DNA of 57,304 bases, from IMG/VR virus record IMGVR_UViG_3300046001_004161, positions 1 through 57,304 of that record. One strand, given 5' to 3'. The notes beneath the pieces were generated by a model that was given only the letters and a program-made list of their open reading frames with translations, was not told where the DNA came from and did no database searches. This document shows positions 9,389 to 19,172 of the stretch, in pieces. Each line of letters begins with the position of its first letter. Within the stretch, counting starts at the first letter, position 1. The translations under genes were made by a program, and so were the position numbers. The DNA comes from a virus (Duplodnaviria > Caudoviricetes).

Positions 9389-10293
9389 AACTCCTTGTAT
9401 GGGTTACCGACGTTGATAACCTTCATTCCCAGTTCCATCCAGCGGCGACACATAACAGGGCGGTCATCAACAACTGCGACCACGTTGTACTTGTGAGCAA
9501 CATGAGCCCAGAACAGTTCTTCCTTGATCTCGGCGTCCTTGCGCATATCACCTGCGGCGCGCATAAACAGCTCGTCGTAGAGGATGTTGAACTTCTTCTC
9601 CAGCCAATGTGCTGTATCGTTGCAGCACACCCCGTCGCGTCCAGACATCACGATCATCTTGTACCCTGCTCGCTTAAATCCGTTGAACATTTCTGCCACA
9701 ACAGGATCGAGATCGTCAAGGATAACCTTATCCCATTCGAACGGGCCGCGCTTTCCATTCATGTGCGCAAGTGTTCCGTCCACGTCAAAGATGACTGCGG
9801 TAGGGAGCTCGTCGTCAGGAACGTAAACCTTGCGGCCGATGTACTCGTTCCACTGCTCCATCTGCTTGAAGATGATGTCGTGTCCTACACCGTCGGCACG
9901 GCCAGCATCGCGCTTCCACGCTTCTTCAAGCGTAACAGGAAATTCCTTGATCTCGACCTCGTACTTCATCTTACGGAGGCGGTCGATCAATGCTGTTCGC
10001 GTCTTCGTAGAAAGATTGGTGTCAGCGAAAATGAGGTTGTGGCCCATCTGCGACTTGTGGTCAGCAAAGTCCCAGACGCGGTCAGTTACCTTATCCTCGT
10101 GCTTGAACTTCCACAGCTTCCACAGCTCACCAGGCTTTAACACCCGCTTATGGGTTTCCTCAAGTATCTCTCGACGGAAGTCGTCGCGGGAAACGATCGC
10201 CCACACTTCTGGCGATGACACGTGGGCGAAGTCCTTTGCCCACGTTGTCTTTCCCGAAGCCGAGACTCCGACTGTAACTATTGCCTTCTTCAT
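9385..10293 (-). CDS. pseT: polynucleotide 5'-kinase/3'-phosphatase (T4 PseT-like)
   Basis: GVSASGKTT P-loop, SRDD, HAD DVDGTLA, SGR, DDR. Confidence 0.92.
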   Translation of the reverse strand: MKKAIVTVGVSASGKTTWAKDFAHVSSPEVWAIVSRDDFRREILEETHKRVLKPGELWKLWKFKHEDKVTDRVWDFADHKSQMGHNLIFADTNLSTKTRTALIDRLRKMKYEVEIKEFPVTLEEAWKRDAGRADGVGHDIIFKQMEQWNEYIGRKVYVPDDELPTAVIFDVDGTLAHMNGKRGPFEWDKVILDDLDPVVAEMFNGFKRAGYKMIVMSGRDGVCCNDTAHWLEKKFNILYDELFMRAAGDMRKDAEIKEELFWAHVAHKYNVVAVVDDRPVMCRRWMELGMKVINVGNPYKEF

Positions 10294-10551
10294 TTACTTG
10301 CCTTTCTTTTCGTATTCCACACCGTCAATTACAACTGTCACCGCTGTGGTTTTACCTTGTTTGTAAGTTGCGGTTGTTGAGCTCATTGGACATCGAACAA
10401 CCTTAATGTTCGAAATGCCGTCAGAAACATTAAACACTTCGCAGTCCGACAACTCCTTGGGCCAGACCGGATAAGAGATTTTTGCGGCGCTTGGGTCTCC
10501 GCACCCGACGAGTCCAATTACTGCTGCTAATGCGATAATCTTAGTTTTCAT
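10294..10551 (-). CDS. lipoprotein
   Basis: Signal peptide with LVGC lipobox. Confidence 0.75.
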   Translation of the reverse strand: MKTKIIALAAVIGLVGCGDPSAAKISYPVWPKELSDCEVFNVSDGISNIKVVRCPMSSTTATYKQGKTTAVTVVIDGVEYEKKGK

Positions 10552-10570
10552 TTTGTCCCTGTTCTGTCAT

Positions 10571-10862
10571 TTAGAACACGATGTCGAAGTATTGCGGAGG
10601 AGCAACATGGGTGCGGACAAAATTACCGGCAGCGTCGTACTCGTGCACTTCCACGTTCGGAATGTTCTGGTAATACTTGTTCGGTCCGGGGTAGCCAGGC
10701 GGCACGTTGCGAGAAACGTTCATCAGACCTGCACCGCTTCCTGGGCTTTTCGCTGCGCCAAGCTTTTTATACTGCTTAGCGTCTTGCCAGTTGGGCACTG
10801 TCTTTACCCAGGACTTAATGTACTGGTTGACCATTGGATCAAACAAAACGTAGGTAGCCATC
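10571..10862 (-). CDS. hypothetical protein (start MATYV)
   Basis: SD GGAGG before the ATG at about 10862. Confidence 0.6.
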
Positions 10863-10872
10863 GCTGCCTCCT

Positions 10873-11925
10873 TTAAGCAGACTTCATTACAGTAGTCGAA
10901 GCCAGCGACTTCCACTTGAGCGGAAAGCTCTTGTACAGGTCGGCAATTTTGATCGCCGTGCGCAGCGACACTTCGCGCAGCTTCGCATGGTTCTCGAACA
11001 GGAACTCGATGATTTCGTCTTCCTGCGTCTTGCTGAAGTCGTACTCGCTAAACAGTTCGCCGGTAGCAGCAATCTGCTTGATACGGAGCAGCTTGTCGCG
11101 CACCGTATCCAGCGTCAGGTCCAGGTAGTGGCAGCGGCTTTCAAGCGCCGTCAAGTGGTCCTGGAGCTTCTTGGACTTGATGTTCTCGAACTTCAGGTTG
11201 GTAATGAAAATCACCGACCCCTTGAAGTCGAACGTGTTCGGGATGCCTTCGCGGTTCAGTGCACTGGACTCGCTGTTCCAGCAAATCTTGCGGCGCTTGG
11301 AAGTGTCCAGTGCGCTCTTCAGCAAGTTCAGGGACAGGTCGTCGTAAAACAGCATGTCGCAGTCGTCGAACACAAGGACGTTATCCTTGTCGCTGTACTT
11401 GTAAAGTACTTGGTACAGGCCGATCGGAGTAGCAGCACCTTTGATCACTTCGCTGCGCACACGGCGCCCGCTAACGCGATCGAACAGCGCAGCCTTTTCC
11501 AGGACAGCTTCCACACCAAACGACTTGCCAACGCCCGGAGGGCCAGTAACGATCATTGCGCGGATGTTGCCTTCGCAAGCCGCTTGCGTCATGTCATGCA
11601 GGATTTCGAATCGTTCGCCAATGCGCGACATCACTTGTTCGTCCGTTTCCTTGGACACCGCCTTGGGCGTCACGCCTACGGAAACAGCCTCAACGACGTT
11701 GCCTTGCGCAGTGTATGCGTCGGCGTCGGAGAATTCGTAATCGGTAATCTTGGCTACTTTGACGCGCACTTCGTCGGGGAAGCCCGGGAAGTAGCCACCG
11801 TTCGCCACTGTAACGTAGCCGCCTTTGGCCCCAGTCTTGAACTGCGCGACCAACGGAAATACCACGTTCTTTACTTCCTTGTTGCGGTATTGGCCTTTGA
11901 TCACGTTAATGTATGCTTGGGTCAT
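10873..11925 (-). CDS. AAA+ P-loop ATPase
   Basis: GPPGVGKS, LVFDDCD, FITN, SRC. Confidence 0.85.
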   Translation of the reverse strand: MTQAYINVIKGQYRNKEVKNVVFPLVAQFKTGAKGGYVTVANGGYFPGFPDEVRVKVAKITDYEFSDADAYTAQGNVVEAVSVGVTPKAVSKETDEQVMSRIGERFEILHDMTQAACEGNIRAMIVTGPPGVGKSFGVEAVLEKAALFDRVSGRRVRSEVIKGAATPIGLYQVLYKYSDKDNVLVFDDCDMLFYDDLSLNLLKSALDTSKRRKICWNSESSALNREGIPNTFDFKGSVIFITNLKFENIKSKKLQDHLTALESRCHYLDLTLDTVRDKLLRIKQIAATGELFSEYDFSKTQEDEIIEFLFENHAKLREVSLRTAIKIADLYKSFPLKWKSLASTTVMKSA

Positions 11926-11957
11926 TTATTTGCTCCGTTGCGTTATTCAATAAAGCT

Positions 11958-11985
11958 ATTATACAGCCTTTTAGGAAAAAGTCAA
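11958..11985 (-). promoter_or_regulatory. sigma70-type early promoter
   Basis: TTGACT-N16-TATAAT; AAAGGCTGTATAAT is shared with 54092 and 54186. Confidence 0.7.
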
Positions 11986-12165
11986 CCGTTTTCTGCCATT
12001 TTGTTCGCCAGTTCGTCGAGCTCAACTTCGACCAGTTCTTGCGTATGCTGGATGGAGCGTGTCACCGTGTCCATGCCGCCCAGGACGTCGCCTACCAAGT
12101 CTTGCGCATCGCGCAGCTTCCAGAGCGCCTGTTGCAGCTTCGAAATTCTGTCTCGCGTATTCATT
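11982..12165 (-). CDS. small hypothetical protein (start probably MNTRDR)
   Basis: TTGACT-N17-TATAAT at about 12199-12227 lies upstream. Confidence 0.55.
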
Positions 12166-12246
12166 TTGTCTCCGTCTTTCCTAACTTTCAATAACGCAAT
12201 TATACGCTGATCTGGTCCGAAAGTCAATCGAAATGATTCTCTTTAT

Positions 12247-12281
12247 AATCAACGACTTACGTGCGTTGTAAGTCATTGATT
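12247..12281. repeat. inverted GTAAGTCATTGATT motif pair
   Basis: AATCAACGACTTAC...GTAAGTCATTGATT; the same 14-mer occurs at 34120 and 34164. Confidence 0.7.
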
Positions 12282-13281
12282 ACGCTGGAATTTGTTTACA
12301 TTTAATGCCATGACATCTTACGTAAACTGCTTTAGGTATAACTTTTTTACAGTGCTCACATTCAACTCGAGAAGAAAGTGCAGCATCCCTTCTAATTTTT
12401 GATATTGCTTCTGTGTCTTCAATCGAACGACCTTTTATTGCATTACGAATTCCTTCGGCTATCTTTATTCTTGTTTCTTGAGTTGGGGCGCCGCGAATCT
12501 TACCAGTAATTGCTTTACTCATTTTCTTACGATATTCTTCAGTCCTAGGTCTTAGACGAGTTGCTTCTTTAATCCTTTCTCCTCGAAGTTTCAATTCTTC
12601 TAGCGAATACTTTTTTCCAAAATTTGGGTTACCTTCGCCTTTCATCCTGGTACTAATTGCGTTTTTGTGTTCCTCACTCAACGGCTTCCTTTTTAATCCT
12701 GTTTGAGCTGCAGACATATTCTTTTTAGCCTGGTCAGATTTTTTAACACCTTTAAACGCCCGCGATCTTGCAGCTCTCATCTCGTCGGTATAAACACGGT
12801 TCTTATTTGATTCAGAAACAGCATCGCTAATCTTTTTCTTAACTGCTGGGTCCATTGTTTTAAATGCTTCTTTAAAAGAAGCAACACGTTTGGCAATTGT
12901 CTCTGCAGATTGCTTTTTACCGGTGCGAGAAGCAATATGAATTTTAATAAATTCAGCTCGATATACCGCATATACCTTAGATGAGATTTTAGTTATGTAC
13001 CGAGGCATATGATCACCTCTTCCGGTGTGCATAAAATTCAATGCATACACCATACTTGCCTTTCCTTTTCCGGTTGTCATTTTAACCAGTAACCAATGAC
13101 AGATAAAATGTTCGCGGGCAGTTAAACTAACTAAGTTTTCTTTTTTGTTTCCCCCTCCCATACTGCGAGGAACTATATGATGCATCTCAATATATGTGTC
13201 GGATTTTTTTGTTAATCCTCTTTTTAAAGCACGAGCAACAATTTGATTGTACCATTTAGTGTATTTGTTACTTAAGAACAC
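12280..13281 (-). CDS. HNH homing endonuclease with NUMOD3-like repeats
   Basis: EMHHIVPRSMGGG...LTAREHFICHWLL; related to the 5183 ORF. Confidence 0.9.
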   Translation of the reverse strand: MFLSNKYTKWYNQIVARALKRGLTKKSDTYIEMHHIVPRSMGGGNKKENLVSLTAREHFICHWLLVKMTTGKGKASMVYALNFMHTGRGDHMPRYITKISSKVYAVYRAEFIKIHIASRTGKKQSAETIAKRVASFKEAFKTMDPAVKKKISDAVSESNKNRVYTDEMRAARSRAFKGVKKSDQAKKNMSAAQTGLKRKPLSEEHKNAISTRMKGEGNPNFGKKYSLEELKLRGERIKEATRLRPRTEEYRKKMSKAITGKIRGAPTQETRIKIAEGIRNAIKGRSIEDTEAISKIRRDAALSSRVECEHCKKVIPKAVYVRCHGIKCKQIPA

Positions 13282-13631
13282 TATACTGTCTCCTTTTCTT
13301 TAAGGTGGTCCCAGGGCGACATCAGCAAGTCGTCTGCTTCAAGGATTGCGCGGCGCTGGTCGTTAGTAAGGTCGATCCAGGCTTGCACCTTTTCATAAGA
13401 CCCCCAGCAGACGCTCGGTGCTCGTTGCTGTAGCCACTTCATCAGTTTAACGATTTCCTCCCACTGGTTAGAAGGATGAGTTCGATGAGCAGCACCACTT
13501 AGGTCATTTGCCAGAACAGACTCAAAGAAGCTGCCCGGGTGGTACCCGTTAACACAGTACCGTTCAAGGACACCGGCCCATTCTTCGTCAACTGGCCACA
13601 ACCTAAAACTATCTAGAAATTTCTTATCCAT
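13281..13631 (-). CDS. hypothetical protein
   Basis: PGSFFESVLANDL...CWGS. Confidence 0.7.
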   Translation of the reverse strand: MDKKFLDSFRLWPVDEEWAGVLERYCVNGYHPGSFFESVLANDLSGAAHRTHPSNQWEEIVKLMKWLQQRAPSVCWGSYEKVQAWIDLTNDQRRAILEADDLLMSPWDHLKEKETV

Positions 13632-14281
13632 TACATTATCGTCCTAATTCTGGTAATAAGTTTTGACATGTTTTCTTTTTCGAAAAACTCTGAGTATCCC
13701 CATTTTGAATGCGCAACTGCCTTCCGTAGGAATTCTATTTGACCTAAACCCATCTCGCTGCGAGTAATCTCCGCTTTTAATTTTACTTGCATCTCTTCTC
13801 GCAAGCCGTCAATGATCATTGCTTCCCACGTTTCAATAAAGAACCCTTGCATTAAATCAGCGTCACGAATAATACGGTGTTCAATACATACTGGCTCCAA
13901 CACATACGGATACTCGGTTACTCGAATAATCTCTTCAACTTCGTGAAGATAAACACCTTGAGTAACACCGCAGTTTTTCAATCCATTGATAGCACGAAAG
14001 ATATTGATCGAATCCTCTTCTTCCCCTCCCGAATGATTGTAGTCGTGGAACAATGCTGCTACAAACAAAGATCGCATGGATCGATACGGGAGGTTGTGAT
14101 AGTTTGCTCCGTCTAAGCATCGATTCACCATACACATCGTGTGGTACCAGTTATGGTACGGCAAGTCTTTTGATTTGTTGTAGTCGCGAACATGACGATA
14201 CTCATAGCTTACGTCAAAACGACGGGCTAGCTCTTCAGTTGTTGCTTCGCATTCTTGTAAGATTCCGTAAGGTATTTTCAT
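13631..14281 (-). CDS. HD-domain phosphohydrolase (PDEase-like)
   Basis: PYHNWYH, AALFHDYNH, IRDADL. Confidence 0.8.
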   Translation of the reverse strand: MKIPYGILQECEATTEELARRFDVSYEYRHVRDYNKSKDLPYHNWYHTMCMVNRCLDGANYHNLPYRSMRSLFVAALFHDYNHSGGEEEDSINIFRAINGLKNCGVTQGVYLHEVEEIIRVTEYPYVLEPVCIEHRIIRDADLMQGFFIETWEAMIIDGLREEMQVKLKAEITRSEMGLGQIEFLRKAVAHSKWGYSEFFEKENMSKLITRIRTIM

Positions 14282-14336
14282 AATATACTCATATTACACT
14301 CTTTTTATATTTTTGTCAACCTGATAAATACACATT

Positions 14337-15038
14337 ATGAAGATAAACGAAATCCTATCCGAAGACTACAAAACCGACCAACGGTACGATAACGAAACTG
14401 ATCACAACTCTCCGCAGTTTCAACCAAACAGCATAAAATCCCCGCATACTCCTGGGGCAACTCCAGTAAAGACAAACGAAGAAATAGTAGCTATCATCGA
14501 AGCTAACTGCTCAGAGGTTCTTGCTGCGTATAGAAAACAAGGCGAGTGTTTGTGGCGTGGCGTAAAGGAAGCCGGGGATCCTGTTATCATCTCGGACATT
14601 CGCCAGCACAGGCTTCCGGTTCAAATGTCACAAGAGGCTCACTATGCGTTAGAAAAAGCATTCACTAAGTTAGGTCTAAAAGCAAACAGATCTAACTCTA
14701 TCTTCTGTTCGGCGCGCACTTCAATCGCAATGGCCTGGGGAAGTGTTTATGCTGTGTTTCCTAAGAACGGATGGTCGGGCACTATCTTTAACACCCAAGT
14801 AGATGACTATAACTTTTACGAATTACAGTCAGCCGCCCGTCAATACATAGGTACTAAGAACTTCGGAATGTTAGTTGATCAAATAAAAGACATGGAACCC
14901 GAGGTTATTACTCCTGCTAACTTAGGCGGAGTCCTGAGCGAGCAGTTCGCCGATGTGCTAATAACCGGCTCTAGCTATATTGGAATCAAATATGGCAACA
15001 AGAAGCTATTTGAGATGCTTGGGATTAACCTTACTTAA
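14337..15038 (+). CDS. late protein with possible ADP-ribosyltransferase-like fold; paralog of 54663
   Basis: LWRG...NRSNSIFCS...WGSVYAVFPKNG is shared with the 54663 ORF; GATAAATA upstream. Confidence 0.6.
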   Translation: MKINEILSEDYKTDQRYDNETDHNSPQFQPNSIKSPHTPGATPVKTNEEIVAIIEANCSEVLAAYRKQGECLWRGVKEAGDPVIISDIRQHRLPVQMSQEAHYALEKAFTKLGLKANRSNSIFCSARTSIAMAWGSVYAVFPKNGWSGTIFNTQVDDYNFYELQSAARQYIGTKNFGMLVDQIKDMEPEVITPANLGGVLSEQFADVLITGSSYIGIKYGNKKLFEMLGINLT

Positions 15039-15200
15039 ATTTCAATGCGAAAAGTGTAGCGTCTTCGGATTTGTAAAAAGTAAAAGTAAAAAGTAATATT
15101 CTGCCATCGTGGAAAGAATCGTTATACCAGAGGCCACGTTCCGGCAAATTATCGAAACACCATGTAAGGGCATTCCAATAATTTGCCGGCGGTACGGTAA
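15031..15200 (-). CDS. small hypothetical protein (start uncertain)
   Basis: C-terminal EDATLFALKF resembles the EEDMAFMFALKW end of the 27859 ORF. Confidence 0.45.
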
Positions 15201-15202
15201 CA

Positions 15203-16603
15203 TTATGCGTTCGAGATAGCTCGGATTTCATCAAGCGTCTGATCCCTTAACAGAATGCCGTTCTCCCAAACAGTCTCAAGCACTTCTCTCCAGTCCGAAG
15301 TATCTTCGTAGCCCTTCAGGTCCTCAACACGGATGGTCTTGAAGTTAGGACCGGTTCCCTTGTAGTCTCGGATAAGGGTGAGACGACCACGCTTGCTAGT
15401 CTTGCCCTTGTCGCCAACTGGATCCTTGTACACGTCAATCCACTCTCCGTTGATTCGGATAGCCGAACACTTCATCGCAAACTGCTGCGTGTCCCGGTTC
15501 ATCTGTTGTAGAAGTGCGCCGCCCATTCCGAATGCTACGTTGTCTGCGCTGAATCCCGCAAACTTGAGGTTCATCAGGATACCACGGATGCTTTGCTCGT
15601 TAATGCCATCACCTTGAATAACGCGAATGTTGTTCAGCACCTTGAATCCCTTAGCGTTGGTCGTAGTGCCGAATCCTTCTGCCAACCTTTGAACTACCTC
15701 GAGAACAACAGTTTCGGGATGCCCAGAGTCAGGACGAACAACAACCATCGCACCTGAATCAACAATCTGCTCGCGCATCGAAGCCCACATATTACATGCT
15801 TCGAGAATGTCGTAGCTATCGCTTACACAGGCGAACATAGCACCTTGCTTGCCGAACTGCTTCAGCATGTTCTCGTATGCTGCCTTTTCGTTTTCGCGAC
15901 CCCAGCTAGTGATCGTGCTGTGCTCGCTGGCCGGGATGCTGTAGCCAGGCATCACAGTTGCGTTGTAGTACCGCTGTAGAGCGATGATGCCGCTGATCGT
16001 GTCTGAGCCCATGAAGTTGACTAAGTGAGCAGCGCCGCCGAGGCTTGCCGACTCGAACGAGCTAACGCCACGAGCACCAAAGTCGTGCAGCTTGAAGTTG
16101 ATGCCTGCCGGATCGCCAGTCTCTTCGAGGTAACCTTGGATCACCTTCTTAATGCTCTTGCTGATGGTTGCGACCGTAGTCGGGTACCATACTGCGCGAA
16201 GCAAAGCGGTTTCCAGATAACTGGTCATCCACATAAATTCCGGATCGGTGTTTTCCGCAGTGACAAGCACGTTGCGGATTGGAACAAGAGTTCCTTCCTT
16301 CACTGCGCGAATACGAATAGGGTAAACGCCGTTGTGCTTCTCGAGCAGCCGCTGCCAGCCTGCCTTGTTGAACGGTTCGCCGTGTTGCGACAGGAACAGT
16401 TCGGCATCGTCAATATCGTCTTGCGTTACTGCAATGCTCAGATACTGCTTGAGGAACATTTGGAGACCAAAGAACAAAGTCTCGTCGTAAGTGCCGCCAC
16501 GCGACTCAATGTATGAGTGCTGGTACTCTGAGCCTGCTGGCATTTGTAAAAAATGTGATGCTTTGTACGAATCAGTATTGAGAATCGGATTATAGTTACG
16601 CAT
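15203..16603 (-). CDS. nadV: nicotinamide phosphoribosyltransferase
   Basis: TDSYKASH, LHDFGARG, IPASEHS, SDSYD, VRPDSG, IQGDG. Confidence 0.95.
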   Translation of the reverse strand: MRNYNPILNTDSYKASHFLQMPAGSEYQHSYIESRGGTYDETLFFGLQMFLKQYLSIAVTQDDIDDAELFLSQHGEPFNKAGWQRLLEKHNGVYPIRIRAVKEGTLVPIRNVLVTAENTDPEFMWMTSYLETALLRAVWYPTTVATISKSIKKVIQGYLEETGDPAGINFKLHDFGARGVSSFESASLGGAAHLVNFMGSDTISGIIALQRYYNATVMPGYSIPASEHSTITSWGRENEKAAYENMLKQFGKQGAMFACVSDSYDILEACNMWASMREQIVDSGAMVVVRPDSGHPETVVLEVVQRLAEGFGTTTNAKGFKVLNNIRVIQGDGINEQSIRGILMNLKFAGFSADNVAFGMGGALLQQMNRDTQQFAMKCSAIRINGEWIDVYKDPVGDKGKTSKRGRLTLIRDYKGTGPNFKTIRVEDLKGYEDTSDWREVLETVWENGILLRDQTLDEIRAISNA

Positions 16604-16670
16604 GATAAATCTCCTTTATCGTTAATGCCCGGGATCTATTCCTAGGACTTGTCAGTTGCGCTGACCACGC

Positions 16671-17705
16671 TTACTTCAAATCTCCAACAAAGTGCTTCAA
16701 AATTGAGTAATGGTCTTCGAACATCTCTTCTTCTCTAACGTGCGATAGTGGAACCCACTTTGCACTAGCTGCATCGTCGCCGCCTTTTACAGCCGGCAAT
16801 TTGCCTGGCGCTAGCTCAATGTAGAACGCTTGTGTTACTGTTCTGCCGCGCAAGCTACGGTCAGGGCGATCAAATACTTCTTTAGCTTTGATGCTTCCCC
16901 TTAACACTGGCTCAGGGACTTTTAGCTTCGTTTCTTCACGCAGCTCGCGGAGCATACCATCTTCAATTCGCTCGTTCTGATTAACAAATCCACCAGGGAG
17001 AGCAAAAAGTCCTTTGCCCGGACTTGCGCCTCGCTTTACAAGCAAAACGTGTCCTGACTGCACAACCACTGCATCGCTAGTTAAAAAGGTCGGTGCGTAC
17101 GGTGCTGCTGCCCATGATCGCTTGTAGTCGTTAATAAACTTATATTCTTTTACCAGTGCGTTATAATCTGCACCGAAGGAAAAGGTCTGCAAAAATTTCC
17201 ACGTGCTCTCATCTACTACGCCATGCAAGTAGCGCAGGTTAGATTCAAACAATATTGAGCGGATATCGGTTGCGTGAACCTCTTCGTTAATAGCGTGGTC
17301 AATTAGTTCCCACTGAGGAAACAGGTTTAGGTAATAGCTTGAGTCGTCTTTGACGTGGCCAATAATGCCGCCTCGCCGCGGCTTGTCTGACCAACCCATC
17401 GAAGTTACATGGCTAGACACGATTGACTGAACTGATGCTGCCCACGCAGTGTCGTTGTATTTGTTGTCAGACAGTGGTTCAACTACAATCCGATCGTTCT
17501 CTTGCCGAAACGCATTCTGAATCATCTTCTTGCGCTCATCAAACGTAAACGGATTCTTAATAGTGCGTGGCTGGTTCGAGCTGCCTACCAGAACAATCAC
17601 TTTGTCTGCCAGGCCAAGGGCGCGATCAAGCACTTCCCAGTGACCAACGTGAAATGGTTGGAAACGGCCGATGAACACCAAGTAATCAAATTGACGTTGG
17701 CTCAT
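16671..17705 (-). CDS. nadM: bifunctional NMN adenylyltransferase/ADP-ribose Nudix hydrolase (NadM-Nudix)
   Basis: GRFQPFHVGH; Nudix box GGFV...RELREET. Confidence 0.95.
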   Translation of the reverse strand: MSQRQFDYLVFIGRFQPFHVGHWEVLDRALGLADKVIVLVGSSNQPRTIKNPFTFDERKKMIQNAFRQENDRIVVEPLSDNKYNDTAWAASVQSIVSSHVTSMGWSDKPRRGGIIGHVKDDSSYYLNLFPQWELIDHAINEEVHATDIRSILFESNLRYLHGVVDESTWKFLQTFSFGADYNALVKEYKFINDYKRSWAAAPYAPTFLTSDAVVVQSGHVLLVKRGASPGKGLFALPGGFVNQNERIEDGMLRELREETKLKVPEPVLRGSIKAKEVFDRPDRSLRGRTVTQAFYIELAPGKLPAVKGGDDAASAKWVPLSHVREEEMFEDHYSILKHFVGDLK

Positions 17706-18160
17706 GATGCGTCTCCTAGGCCAAGTAACTTCCTATCTTCTTCCGTTAGCTTCGCAAGGGCTTGCTTGCGCTTCAATTCGTTAGCCTTGCGTTCTTGTTC
17801 TTCGGGGGAGTCGCCGTCGATGAGGATGACAGAGGCATAGTATTGGCCTTCGACAACAGACACGTTTCTACCAGCAAGCATCTTCTTGAAATAATCGACC
17901 CGGTTCACACCATGTAAGTCCCAGGTGCCGCTGTCAATGTCAAGCGACACGCTAACCTTGGTGCCGGGCTTTGCGATTTGTTCTAGATCGTCTGCCGGTT
18001 GAAACCGGAGGCTGTAGAAGCTTTTCCCTGCTAGGGCAAAAGCAATCTCGTCAATGTAACCTTCAAACGTTCCGAGATGACTTACTGATCGACCTTCGCA
18101 GTCGCCTTCAGTAGTAACGGTCCAGATACCGTATGGCTTATAGAGCTTTAACTTAGACAT
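17702..18160 (-). CDS. hypothetical protein (start MSKLKL)
   Basis: SD GGAGG before the ATG at 18160; TTEGDCEGRS. Confidence 0.7.
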   Translation of the reverse strand: MSKLKLYKPYGIWTVTTEGDCEGRSVSHLGTFEGYIDEIAFALAGKSFYSLRFQPADDLEQIAKPGTKVSVSLDIDSGTWDLHGVNRVDYFKKMLAGRNVSVVEGQYYASVILIDGDSPEEQERKANELKRKQALAKLTEEDRKLLGLGDAS

Positions 18161-18227
18161 TTGGAAATCCTCCAAAAAATGTGATGTAAGCGGTCTATCC
18201 ACCTACAAACTTATTTATGTCTTAATA

Positions 18228-18599
18228 CTACACTACTTTTGATTTCTTGTCAACCGGATACTTAACCAAAACGGGCGGGTGAATTCCGTCGGGAACATTA
18301 GTCATTTTTCCTGGGTAAAAACTGTTTATGTCCTTGTTCACCGTAACAGTAAGAGGAGACTTCTTAACAGGTCGGGACAGAATATTCCACATCTGCGCCC
18401 TCTCGTCGGGGATAAAGTGTTGGCACTTTGTTGATCCTTGCGGGTAGCTAAAGCAAGCATATGACTGCCAGTGCGGGTGCGGGTCAGAGGTTACCCTAGC
18501 GCACATTTCTCGGCTTGGGCAAGAGCTGTTTGAACACATTGTGAAGCTAGGCATTTTTATCCTCGATAAGGTGACGGAGTTTATACTCAAGATTTCCAT
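18228..18599 (-). CDS. Cys-rich hypothetical protein
   Basis: ORF track; true start probably further downstream. Confidence 0.5.
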   Translation of the reverse strand: MEILSINSVTLSRIKMPSFTMCSNSSCPSREMCARVTSDPHPHWQSYACFSYPQGSTKCQHFIPDERAQMWNILSRPVKKSPLTVTVNKDINSFYPGKMTNVPDGIHPPVLVKYPVDKKSKVV

Positions 18600-18885
18600 C
18601 CAGACGCCATTCTAACCAGTTAGGTGCGCTTAGTGCTTCTACTATTTTTTTGTGCCCTGCTTCGGCGTCTTCTACGTTATGATAACGCATCATGTAACCG
18701 TCAAGCGGACCACCGAAGATCATAGTCTCGAACATTCCGCCATGGTGCTCCACCCCTAAGAACACCGTGTTAACGCGGGTGTCACGAATGGTCTTATCAC
18801 CTAACTGCTGCGGGCCGACCCAATCCTTATCATCTACTAGAACAATGCATCCGTCAACTAATTTATAAAACTGTATCCCAGTCAT
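18547..18885 (-). CDS. hypothetical protein
   Basis: TVFLG...FETMIFGG...AEAGH. Confidence 0.7.
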   Translation of the reverse strand: MTGIQFYKLVDGCIVLVDDKDWVGPQQLGDKTIRDTRVNTVFLGVEHHGGMFETMIFGGPLDGYMMRYHNVEDAEAGHKKIVEALSAPNWLEWRLDGNLEYKLRHLIEDKNA

Positions 18886-19172
18886 TTGAATCTCTTTCCT
18901 TTCCTGGTTGCGGACTCGTCAGTTCCTGAATAATAATCAGGAGATTTTTTAGAAACCCATTTAATGAATTTTTGTATTTCTTCTCGTTCGAGAATTCTCT
19001 CAATCGTGTTATAATAGTTCACCATCTCTCTCTCTGAGATTGTAGCATGAAGGAACCTGTGGCAAATCTTGTGTAGGGTAACAGTCTCTTTACCCTTAAA
19101 GGTTTTAGGAATAAGGTGGTGCTCGTCAATATTTGCCCCAAGCTCTCGCTTGCAGATCTTGCAGATTTCCAT
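18882..19172 (-). CDS. small HNH-family protein
   Basis: CKICKR...HHLIPK...ICHRFLH. Confidence 0.75.
   Translation of the reverse strand: MEICKICKRELGANIDEHHLIPKTFKGKETVTLHKICHRFLHATISEREMVNYYNTIERILEREEIQKFIKWVSKKSPDYYSGTDESATRKGKRFK

Noticed and set aside
9319-12210. Long + strand ORFs (273 aa at 9319, 407 aa at 10987)
   Set aside because: Antisense shadows of the GC3-rich pseT and ATPase genes; no motifs.
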